Positions 9,091-16,890 of a stretch of 32,000 nucleotides of DNA are shown in pieces. The notes beneath the pieces are model-generated. The model did not search any database, was not told the origin of the DNA, and was given only the letters and a program-made list of their open reading frames with translations. Numbering within the stretch: the stretch's first letter is position 1; every line of letters begins with the position of its first letter. Both the position numbers and the translations under genes were made by a program. The stretch comes from Geotalea uraniireducens Rf4 (GTDB taxonomy: Bacteria > Desulfobacterota > Desulfuromonadia > Geobacterales > Geobacteraceae), in the NCBI RefSeq assembly GCF_000016745.1, contig NC_009483.1:3000001-3032000 (forward strand), read 5' to 3'.

Positions 9091-11271
9091 ATGAGACGCT
9101 ATCGACGGGTTATTTTCGGCATATTCCTGACGCTGACCGTCGCATGTCCCGCCATGACGGTCTGCGCCGTCGCAGCCGACCTGAAAAAAGCGCCGCCCGG
9201 CATAGCAGAGCGCCTGGATCAAGGCGCCACCCAGAAACTGATCGTCCTGTTCGATGACAGCGCCATTGAGCGGGAAGTTGCTGCAAACCGAAGCCGGACA
9301 GGCATTGAACATGATGATGACGCCATTCTGGCATTCAGAGCTTCGCGTTACAGGGAGCTGAAAAGCCGGGCAGAGCCTGCGGAGCTGAGCGGCGAGGTCG
9401 AAACGGTCAAAGACTACAGTCATCTGCCGATGTCATTCAAGCGTTTCAAAAACCGCCGTTCGCTGGAGAAATTCCTGGCTCTCCCTGAGGTGACGGCGGT
9501 CTACGAGAACCGGCCGATTTACCCGACCCTCGCCCAGAGCCTGCCGTTAATCAAACAGCCGGCAACAGCCGGTCTGGGGCTGACCGGGAGCGGCGCCACA
9601 GTGGCGGTAATCGATACGGGCATCAACTATACCCTGGCCGCTTTCGGTTCCTGCACGGCGCCGGGGACCCCCGCCGGCTGCCGGATAGCCGCCTCGGTGG
9701 ACATTACCGGCAACAACGTTACCCTGAACACCGACCCAAACGGCCATGGCACCAACGTGGCGGGGATTGTCTCAGGAGTGGCGCCGGGCGCCCGGATTGC
9801 CGCGATCAACGCCTTTACCGGCGGCGCGTCTTCCATCGCCTTGATCATTGACGGCATCAACTGGGCCATAGCCAACCGGAGCGCCTATAACATCGTCGCC
9901 ATCAACATGAGTCTGGGGGACGGCGCCAAATATACGGCTCCCTGCGGCAACAGCCACACAAACCCCTTCGTCACCCCGGTGAATAACGCCCGGGCCGTCG
10001 GCATCCTTCCGGTGGCCGCGTCGGGCAACGAGGGGTACTCGAACGGCATTGCCAGTCCGGCCTGCACTCCGGGGGTCGCCTCTGTGGGGGCTGTCTACGA
10101 CGCCAATGTCGGCGGGCGGCAGTGGTCAACATGTACCGACAGTACCACCGCAGCCGATCAGGTCGCCTGTTTCTCCAACAGCTCCAGCTTCGTGACCATG
10201 CTATCCCCCGGCGCGATCATCACCGCCGCCGGCATCGGCATGGGTGGTACATCACAGGCATCACCCCATGTGGCAGGGGCAGCCGCAGTATTCCGCTCGG
10301 CTTTTGCCGGCGAGACCCCGGATCAGACGCTCGCGCGCCTGACCGGCAGCGGTGTGCCCGTCACCGACCCGCGTAACGGCGTCGTCAAGCCGCGCCTCAA
10401 CCTGCTGGCCGCCTTGGGAGCGCCCATCAACGACAACTTTTCCGCACGCCAGGCGCTCAGCGGCGACACCGGCCAGCTCACCGGCAACAACGCCAACGCC
10501 ACCGTCGAGCCGGCCGAACCGGCCCACGCTGGCAACAGCGGCGGCAGATCGGTCTGGTGGAGTTGGACGCCTTCCGTTTCCGGTCCGGTTGCAATTGATA
10601 CACAAGGAAGCAGCTTCGATACCCTGTTGGCGGTCTACACCGGTACGGGCGTTACCGCCCTCACCCCCATTGCAGCAAACGACAACGACGGCGCCCCGGG
10701 AAACACCAGCGGCCTCTCCTTTGTTGCCCAGGCGGGAATAGAGTACCTCATTGCCGTGGACGGCTTCAACGGAGCCTTCGGCAGCACGGTCCTCAACTGG
10801 GGGCAGGCCCCCAGCGCCGATCTGTTCGTTACCATGACCGGCTCACCCGACCCGCTGGCGCCGGGTGAGACCCTGACCTACTCCATCTCGGTGGCAAACA
10901 GGGGACCGGCAACCGCCGTCAACACGACCCTGACCGATACCCTGCCGACTGGGGTGAGCGTCGTCTCTACCTCTGCCGGCTGCACGACGGCAGGTGGGAT
11001 CGTCACCTGCAACCTCGGCAGCATGGCAAGCGCCACCGCCGTCGGCCTCCAGATTGCCGTTTCGCCCGCCTCAGCCGGGACATTGACCAACACCGTGAAC
11101 GTTGCTTCAGATACCTACGAGCTCGCCCCTGCCGACAATTCAGCCGGCATCGCCACAACGGTTTCGCTTCCGCCGCCGGCAGTTCCGGCGCTCTCCCCTT
11201 GGGGGATTGCGCTGGCCGCCTGCCTGCTCTCAGGCTGGCAGCAGCATCGAAAACGGCGCAAACCCAATTAG
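9091..11271 (+). CDS. Secreted subtilisin-family (S8) serine protease with beta-sandwich and DUF11 repeat domains and a C-terminal IPTLxxWG-like sorting tail
   Basis: The signal peptide is MRRYRRVIFGIFLTLTVACPAMTVCAVAA. The catalytic triad motifs are VAVIDTGI (Asp), HGTNVAGIVSG (His) and GTSQASPHVAGAAAV (Ser). An NDNF...EPAEPAHAG...SVWWSW...FDTLLAVYTG beta-sandwich domain follows. A DUF11-type repeat (ETLTYSISVANRGPATAVNTTLTDTLPTGV) comes next. The terminal 29 aa, VPALSPWGIALAACLLSGWQQHRKRRKPN (11182-11268), comprise a motif, a TM helix and a basic cluster. Confidence 0.9.
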   Translation: MRRYRRVIFGIFLTLTVACPAMTVCAVAADLKKAPPGIAERLDQGATQKLIVLFDDSAIEREVAANRSRTGIEHDDDAILAFRASRYRELKSRAEPAELSGEVETVKDYSHLPMSFKRFKNRRSLEKFLALPEVTAVYENRPIYPTLAQSLPLIKQPATAGLGLTGSGATVAVIDTGINYTLAAFGSCTAPGTPAGCRIAASVDITGNNVTLNTDPNGHGTNVAGIVSGVAPGARIAAINAFTGGASSIALIIDGINWAIANRSAYNIVAINMSLGDGAKYTAPCGNSHTNPFVTPVNNARAVGILPVAASGNEGYSNGIASPACTPGVASVGAVYDANVGGRQWSTCTDSTTAADQVACFSNSSSFVTMLSPGAIITAAGIGMGGTSQASPHVAGAAAVFRSAFAGETPDQTLARLTGSGVPVTDPRNGVVKPRLNLLAALGAPINDNFSARQALSGDTGQLTGNNANATVEPAEPAHAGNSGGRSVWWSWTPSVSGPVAIDTQGSSFDTLLAVYTGTGVTALTPIAANDNDGAPGNTSGLSFVAQAGIEYLIAVDGFNGAFGSTVLNWGQAPSADLFVTMTGSPDPLAPGETLTYSISVANRGPATAVNTTLTDTLPTGVSVVSTSAGCTTAGGIVTCNLGSMASATAVGLQIAVSPASAGTLTNTVNVASDTYELAPADNSAGIATTVSLPPPAVPALSPWGIALAACLLSGWQQHRKRRKPN

Positions 11272-11392
11272 CATAATCGTATGACATGCTTCACACTGCT
11301 GTAACTTTCTAGGTTTAAATATAAAGTTAGAAATAGTGTGAATATGAAGGGTTTTCAGAATAGTTTTGTAAGTACGCAAGGAGATAGTAATT

Positions 11393-11776
11393 ATGCGATA
11401 TTCAGTTTTACTTGTTTTTCTTTTGCTATCCGCGGCGGCCTATGCCGATCAAAGCAGGATTACCGAGTATCCTGACCACATACTGGTGGAAATTACCGGT
11501 AGCGGCAGCACGACCCGGAAAAGCGGCGATGAACCGCAGAAGGCCGAGGCGCCTGCCGTCAAAAAGGAAATAGACACGGCGGAACGAACCGCGTTTCTTG
11601 CCGGGGAGATCGAACGGCTGAAGGCGGAGAAGGATGCAATTATGGCCGGAATGGGAGGGGAAAGCGCTGAAGAGCTTCGTCAGAAGCGGGTGCTGATGAA
11701 CGAAAAAATCCAGACGATGAACAGGTATGCCAACGAATTGGGACAGTTGCGAGCCAAAGCGGCAGGGAGCCTGTAG
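11393..11776 (+). CDS. Small secreted coiled-coil protein, unknown function
   Basis: A strong SD (AAGGAGAtagtaattATG) precedes the start. The signal peptide is MRYSVLLVFLLLSAAAYA/DQ. The charged heptad-like C-terminal half reads AFLAGEIERLKAEKDAIM...NRYANELGQLRAKA. The stop lies 9 nt before the next gene. Confidence 0.7.
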   Translation: MRYSVLLVFLLLSAAAYADQSRITEYPDHILVEITGSGSTTRKSGDEPQKAEAPAVKKEIDTAERTAFLAGEIERLKAEKDAIMAGMGGESAEELRQKRVLMNEKIQTMNRYANELGQLRAKAAGSL

Positions 11777-11785
11777 AGGTATCGT

Positions 11786-13975
11786 TTGGTCAAATTCATC
11801 CAGAGAGGATCACCGTCCCTCTGCCTCGCGGCAATTCTGCTCCTGGCAATCCCGGCGCAAGCCCTCGGCCGGCCCCTCAGGATCGGCATTCAGGCAGCGC
11901 AACCGCTTCTCGACTCCCCCCCTGCCCGGCTGGCGATTAACGACACTGTCGGCCTTCTGCAAAAAGCATTTCCCGGGGCAATCGTTGCTCTCAACAAGCC
12001 CGCCGTTGACGTACGTCTGGTCCTGCCGGATTTCAGGGGCGCCAGATCAGCCTGCATGCCGGAGGCCCAAAAACGGCAGCCCTTTCCTTGCCTGCCGGCA
12101 CCTGAATCGTCCTACTCCTGGAAATCTGTGCGACAGGCTGGCGTGACGACCTTACGCCTCGCCGCAACCTCTCCTGAGGGGGTTGCCAGTGGTCTCTACG
12201 GCCTGTTGCAGGAGAAACTGGGAGTACGGTTCATCCACCCGCGGCAGACAATCATCCCTGCCCGTCATTTCTGGCCGCTACCCGGCTCGTTCACGTTTTC
12301 CGGCGCCCCCCGCTTTGCCCAGAGGGGTTTCCACCTCCATACCCTGCACCCCGTCGAACTGACTGAACAACTCAATAACCCCGCCACACCGAACGCCTTT
12401 GAGGATGTAACGACCTATCTTGACTGGCTGGCGCGCAACGGCCAGAACACCTTCCAGTTTTTTCTCCTGCGCGGAGTCAACCGGAACGCCTGGATTCCCC
12501 ATGCCCGGAGGATCGTTGCGTATGCGCATCAACGCGGCATCCGCTGCGGGGTGGAAATTTCTCTCGCCATGCTCCAGCAGCAGGCCTTTCAGGCAATCAC
12601 GCTGCTCCGGCCGTTTCCGTCGTACCGGCGCCAGGTTGACGAAACCCTCGCCTGGCTGTTCCAGGCGCCATGGGACTTCGTCACCCTGGAGGCAACAATG
12701 GGCGAGCACCTCCCCTTCCTGGGAACGCTCCTGCCCGGTGTGCAGTCCCACTTTGAACAGCAGGTGATGGAGCGCTACCACGCCCGACTTCTCTACGCAA
12801 CCCACGTGATCGGTCAGGATGACGGAGAAAAGGTGCGTCGCCCCCTGCTTCCTGCGAGCGGCATTCTGATCCACACCGTCATGTGCTATTCCGCTTCCGA
12901 GCCGAAGGCGCCGGTCTATGGCAACGACAACCAGCGTTTCATGCTGGAGGCGACCCGGGCGGAAAACAACCGTCGTGAGACCTGGTACTGGCCGGAATCA
13001 TCCTACTGGGTCGGCTTCGATAGCTCGGTGCCTTTGCTGCTGCTTCCCTACCTGGATAGTCGCTGGGAGGACATGGAGACCATGGCGCGAATCGGGGTGA
13101 ACGGCCACCTGACCTTCTCCTCCGGCTGGGAATGGGGCTATTGGCTGATGGACTGGAGCATCGCCCGCTGGTCGTGGCGATATGCCGACAACGGGCGGGC
13201 ACGACCCACCTCGCCCCTGTCGCGGCTTGGCGAGCTGTTTCCCGACCCGGTCCTGACCGGGCTCTGGCAGGAGGCCTTGCTCCTGCAGAACCGCTTTCTG
13301 AAGGAGCGGGAGCTCTTGCGCTACATGGCGGCGCTCACCCCCTTTTCCGAACTGCCCCCCCCTCTCAACCGCCCGTTTCAGCCGGAACCGGCGTTTCGCT
13401 ATGGGTGGCTGCTGCACGATGCCGCCGGCGAGGAAGCTGAATCCGTACTCCGGGGACCGGTGAACGATCTGGAAAGCTATGCCGCCGGCATGGAGATAAT
13501 TGCCTCCCGGCTTACCGCACGAATCGACTACCTGAGAAAACACGCGCCTAAGGCCATGCTCCGCGAACCGCTGGCTGACGAACTGACCACAGGGCTCCGG
13601 GCAACCGCTCTGCGCGCCAGACACCGGGCCCTTACGCTCCGGGCGCTGCTCACGAAACGGGGCACACATGGACTCTTCGCCAAGGAATGCAGAGAATCCG
13701 ACCAGTTCCTTACCCGGGCAGAGGAGGTGCGCCGGGAGGCACTGAGGCTTGTCCTTGGGCAGGAGGCCCGCTACCGCTATCCGGTTGAGCTGCTTGCCCG
13801 GCGGCGTCCCAGCCTGACCGCCTATCCCTTCGGCTATCTCTATCCAACCGGGGTCCTGTATTTTTGGGAGCGCGAGGAGCAACAGGTCAGGCAGGACCGT
13901 TTTGACCCGCTTTTCATGAACCTGTGGGATATCCGCAGGACCATCGGCCTCGAAAGCCTCTTTTTCAGGAACTAA
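11786..13975 (+). CDS. Secreted protein with a GH20b/GH67N-like N-domain plus a putative TIM-barrel glycoside-hydrolase-like domain (DUF4838-like). Function unknown.
   Basis: 729-aa ORF with a TTG start at 11786-11788 and the signal peptide SLCLAAILLLAIPAQALG. The segment LRLAATSPEGVASGLYGLLQEKLGVRFIHP resembles the N-domain that precedes GH20/GH67-type barrels. RGFHLHTLHP...YLDWLARNGQNTFQFF resembles a barrel start. A Trp-rich segment, SSGWEWGYWLMDWSIARWSW, is also present. The family call is by eye only. Confidence 0.7.
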   Translation: MVKFIQRGSPSLCLAAILLLAIPAQALGRPLRIGIQAAQPLLDSPPARLAINDTVGLLQKAFPGAIVALNKPAVDVRLVLPDFRGARSACMPEAQKRQPFPCLPAPESSYSWKSVRQAGVTTLRLAATSPEGVASGLYGLLQEKLGVRFIHPRQTIIPARHFWPLPGSFTFSGAPRFAQRGFHLHTLHPVELTEQLNNPATPNAFEDVTTYLDWLARNGQNTFQFFLLRGVNRNAWIPHARRIVAYAHQRGIRCGVEISLAMLQQQAFQAITLLRPFPSYRRQVDETLAWLFQAPWDFVTLEATMGEHLPFLGTLLPGVQSHFEQQVMERYHARLLYATHVIGQDDGEKVRRPLLPASGILIHTVMCYSASEPKAPVYGNDNQRFMLEATRAENNRRETWYWPESSYWVGFDSSVPLLLLPYLDSRWEDMETMARIGVNGHLTFSSGWEWGYWLMDWSIARWSWRYADNGRARPTSPLSRLGELFPDPVLTGLWQEALLLQNRFLKERELLRYMAALTPFSELPPPLNRPFQPEPAFRYGWLLHDAAGEEAESVLRGPVNDLESYAAGMEIIASRLTARIDYLRKHAPKAMLREPLADELTTGLRATALRARHRALTLRALLTKRGTHGLFAKECRESDQFLTRAEEVRREALRLVLGQEARYRYPVELLARRRPSLTAYPFGYLYPTGVLYFWEREEQQVRQDRFDPLFMNLWDIRRTIGLESLFFRN

Positions 13976-14159
13976 GGGACTTGGAATTAACTGATATACC
14001 AGGTTTTACGCTCAGATTTAGGTCAGGTTTGTCGTTCCTGATTGAGCAAAACCGCAGGCGTAGCAAGGCTACGCTGAGGATTTTGCGATTGAAGGGGCGG
14101 CAAAGATGGCCTGAAGATGAGATGTAAAACGGTATATTGGTTAGTTCCGAGTCCCTAAG
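13972..14159. repeat. MITE/REP-like structured element, copy 1: 29-nt terminal inverted arms enclosing about 130 nt of internal hairpins
   Basis: The left arm is CTAAGGGACTTGGAATTAACTGATATACC (13972-14000). The right arm is GGTATATTGGTTAGTTCCGAGTCCCTAAG (14131-14159). They are complementary at 24 of 29 positions. Four of the five mismatches become G-U pairs on the plus (transcribed) strand. The stem continues inward as GTTTTAC/GTAAAAC. TAA flanks the GGGAC...GTCCC ends on both sides, and the left TAA is the stop codon of the 729-aa gene. Confidence 0.75.
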
Positions 14160-14250
14160 CCCATGACAAAATATGCGGATCTTCATCTTTCACATAACTA
14201 TTGCATCGCCTCAATGTGATTGTAATATGGCAGTGGCAGGATGATTCACC

Positions 14251-16689
14251 ATGAAACCATTTAAAGCAGATCTTCATCTTCACTCCAGCCACTCCAACAA
14301 GCCGACCTACTGGGCGATGCGCAAGTTCAACGTCCCCGAAAGCTACACCTCGCCCCAGCACCTCTATCGAATCGCCCGTGATCGCGGCATGGATTACGTC
14401 ACCATTACCGACCATAACTCGATCACCGGGGCTCTGGAGATCGCCCACCTTCCGAATACTTTCGTCAGTTCGGAAATTACAGCCCATTTTCCGGAAAACG
14501 GTTGCAAAGTTCATGTGGTCGTCCTGAACATCAGCGAATACAATTTTTACGACATCATGGCCTTGCGGAAAAATGTCTACGAACTTGTCGCCTATCTGAA
14601 TCGGGAAGAGATCGCCCATTTTCTCGCCCATCCGATCTACGCCCAGAACGATAAATTGACCGCGGAAATCATCGAAAAATGTCTGCTCCTCTTCACCACC
14701 TTCGAGGTGAAGAACGGCTGCCGAGCTCGACGTTTCAACGGTTTTACGACGCGTCTCATTTCAACACTGACCGAGGAACGTATCGAGCATCTGGCCGACA
14801 AGCACGCCCTGCAACCCTACGGCTCATGCCCCTGGAAAAAAGGGAAAGTCGGGGGATCAGACGATCACGGCGGTCTGTTTATCGCCCGGGCCCATACGGT
14901 TGTCGCCGGAGGAGAGTCGGTCAACGCATTTCTTACGGCCGTGCGCAACGGAGATACGTGGGCGGAAGGCGAGGACGGCGGGCCGCTCACCATGGCCCAC
15001 AGCCTGTACGGTATCACCTACAGTTATTACAAGGAGCGTTTCGGCGAGCGGCGGCGCAGTGCAACCCCCTTTGTCAGCGCTTTGTTGGACCGTTTCTTCA
15101 ACCTGGGCACAGACAAGTTATCTTTTATCGAAAAAGTCAGGCTGTTCGTCCGCAAAAACCTTCCGGAGTCCCGCAACGCAACCGGCAGGAGTTTCGAAGA
15201 GATCCTCGACAGCGAAGCCAGGCAGCTGCTTAACGATACCGAGTTCGTGGCGAGCATCAAGGATGTCGACCATAACCGGAAGATTTTTGCCGTGACAAGT
15301 CGCCTGGCAAACCGGATTCTCTTCCATTACACGAGGCGTCTCATGTCGTTGCCCGGCAATGCCGGGTTCTTCGACTATCTCAACACCATCGGCACAATCG
15401 GCCTGGTGCATCTTCTTATCTCCCCCTACTACCTTGCCTTTCACCACCAGCACAAAAGCAAGGAACTGATGCAGGAACTTTCGAAGCAACTCCCCGATCG
15501 CGCCACCCGGCAGCCGGCTGAAAAGATCGCCCTGTTCACCGACACGCTCGACGAAATCAACGGCGTGGCCATAACGATCCGGCGCCTCATCAGCACGGCC
15601 CGGAACAGGGGGATCGAACTGACGGTGATAACGGCGGGGAACTCTACCGATGATGAGATGGTAGGCGTAAAAAAATTCGCCGCTGTCGGCGACTTTGTCC
15701 TGCCGGAATACCCTGAACTGAAACTCAGCTTCCCACCAATCCTCGACGTGATGGATTTCATCGAGAGAGAGGGATTTACCTCCATCCACGTCAGCACGCC
15801 CGGCACGGTTGGGCTGCTCGGGCTGCTGATCGCCCGCATGATGGACATTCCCCTGGCCGGCACCTATCACACCGACATACCGCAGTACGTGCGCTGCCTG
15901 ACCAATGACGAATTCCTGGAACAGGCCGCCTGGAGCTACATGGTCTGGTTCTACAATCAGATGGAAGAGGTCATGGTTCCTTCGGTGGGAACGAGGGAGC
16001 AACTGCTCGCCCGCGGCCTGCCGGCCAACAAGATGAAGCCGCTCCCCCGCTGGGTGGACACCGACCAGTTCACTCCGGCCGGGAAAACCCCGCGCTACTG
16101 GGAGGACCGTGGTCTGACCGGTGCTGTAAAGCTGATTTACGTGGGGCGCGTCTCGCGGGAAAAGTCTCTAGAACTCCTAACCGAGGCTTTTCGCGAGTTG
16201 GTCGACACCGGTGCGGATGTGGGCCTCGTCATAATTGGCGACGGTCCCTATCGTCAGGAGATGGAGACAGCCCTCGCGACCTATCCGGCGCTGTTCACCG
16301 GTTATCTGCACGGGGAAGAGCTGCAACGCGGCTATGCATCGGCTGATCTTTTCGTCTTTCCCAGCGCAACCGACACGTTCGGCAATGTCGTTCTGGAGGC
16401 GCAGGCCTCCGGCCTGCCCGTGATCGTATCCAACGCCGGCGGCCCACGTGAACTTATGGTCGAAGGGGAAACAGGAGCGGTCTTCCAGGCGGGCAGCAAG
16501 GACGATCTTATCGCCGCCATCAGGCGCTTGACTGCGAGTCGCCGGCTGCTGGCCGAAATGGGGGAAAAGGCCCGCACGTTCACCCTGCAGAAGGCGCCGA
16601 GCGTGGACGAAACCTACAGCACCATTTTGCACACAGGCGCTGCAGCGATTATGACTGACGAACATCAGGCGCCAGCAGGCGCAGCATAA
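14251..16689 (+). CDS. Fusion protein: N-terminal PHP-family metal-dependent phosphoesterase, a central linker with a hydrophobic helix, and a C-terminal GT4 glycosyltransferase
   Basis: The PHP motifs appear in order: DLHLHSSHS, VTITDHN, SSEIT, VHVVVLN, GGSDDHG. A hydrophobic segment, FFDYLNTIGTIGLVHLLISPYYLAF, lies mid-protein. The GT4 half has KIALFTDTLDEINGVA, YVGRVSREKS and PSATDTFGNVVLEAQASGLPVIVSN. Confidence 0.88.
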   Translation: MKPFKADLHLHSSHSNKPTYWAMRKFNVPESYTSPQHLYRIARDRGMDYVTITDHNSITGALEIAHLPNTFVSSEITAHFPENGCKVHVVVLNISEYNFYDIMALRKNVYELVAYLNREEIAHFLAHPIYAQNDKLTAEIIEKCLLLFTTFEVKNGCRARRFNGFTTRLISTLTEERIEHLADKHALQPYGSCPWKKGKVGGSDDHGGLFIARAHTVVAGGESVNAFLTAVRNGDTWAEGEDGGPLTMAHSLYGITYSYYKERFGERRRSATPFVSALLDRFFNLGTDKLSFIEKVRLFVRKNLPESRNATGRSFEEILDSEARQLLNDTEFVASIKDVDHNRKIFAVTSRLANRILFHYTRRLMSLPGNAGFFDYLNTIGTIGLVHLLISPYYLAFHHQHKSKELMQELSKQLPDRATRQPAEKIALFTDTLDEINGVAITIRRLISTARNRGIELTVITAGNSTDDEMVGVKKFAAVGDFVLPEYPELKLSFPPILDVMDFIEREGFTSIHVSTPGTVGLLGLLIARMMDIPLAGTYHTDIPQYVRCLTNDEFLEQAAWSYMVWFYNQMEEVMVPSVGTREQLLARGLPANKMKPLPRWVDTDQFTPAGKTPRYWEDRGLTGAVKLIYVGRVSREKSLELLTEAFRELVDTGADVGLVIIGDGPYRQEMETALATYPALFTGYLHGEELQRGYASADLFVFPSATDTFGNVVLEAQASGLPVIVSNAGGPRELMVEGETGAVFQAGSKDDLIAAIRRLTASRRLLAEMGEKARTFTLQKAPSVDETYSTILHTGAAAIMTDEHQAPAGAA

Positions 16690-16710
16690 CATCCAGCAAG
16701 GAGGTAGCTC

Positions 16711-16890
16711 ATGACATTTGCAGAAATAAAAGCAATAGCCAAGGAACGGGGCATCAAGGTCGGCGGCGTGAAAAAGATCGATCTCGTCAGGTCACTCCAG
16801 GCCCAGGAGGGCAATGAACCCTGCTTTGCCACCGGCAGAGCTGCCGAATGCGGCCAGCTGCACTGCTTATGGATTAAATCCTGCGAATAG
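16711..16890 (+). CDS. Small SAP/Rho_N-like (helix-extended-helix) protein with a four-Cys C-terminus, 59 aa. Just below the ORF-track length cutoff.
   Basis: Hand translation gives MTFAEIKAIAKERGIKVGGVKKIDLVRSLQAQEGNEPCFATGRAAECGQLHCLWIKSCE*. A strong SD (cAAGGAGGtagctcATG) is present, 21 nt after the PHP-GT4 stop. The N-terminal 35 aa match the Rho_N/SAP-type pattern (..EIK.IAKERGIKV.G.KK.DLVR.LQ). The Cys spacing is C-x8-C-x4-C-x5-C. Confidence 0.7.
   Translation: MTFAEIKAIAKERGIKVGGVKKIDLVRSLQAQEGNEPCFATGRAAECGQLHCLWIKSCE

Noticed and set aside
12278-13882. 198-aa and 294-aa minus-strand ORFs (12278-12874 and 12998-13882) antisense to the 729-aa gene
   Set aside because: These are shadow ORFs of a high-GC coding region. 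They have low-complexity Gly/Pro/Arg-rich translations and lack start context. The plus frame has a signal peptide and tight coupling to the upstream gene.
15118-16002. 294-aa minus-strand ORF, the plus-strand alternative-frame ORFs 14679-15295, and minus-strand ORF 14155-14631, all inside the PHP-GT4 gene
   Set aside because: All are nested in or antisense to an 812-aa frame that carries ordered PHP and GT4 motifs. The alternatives have no motifs of their own.
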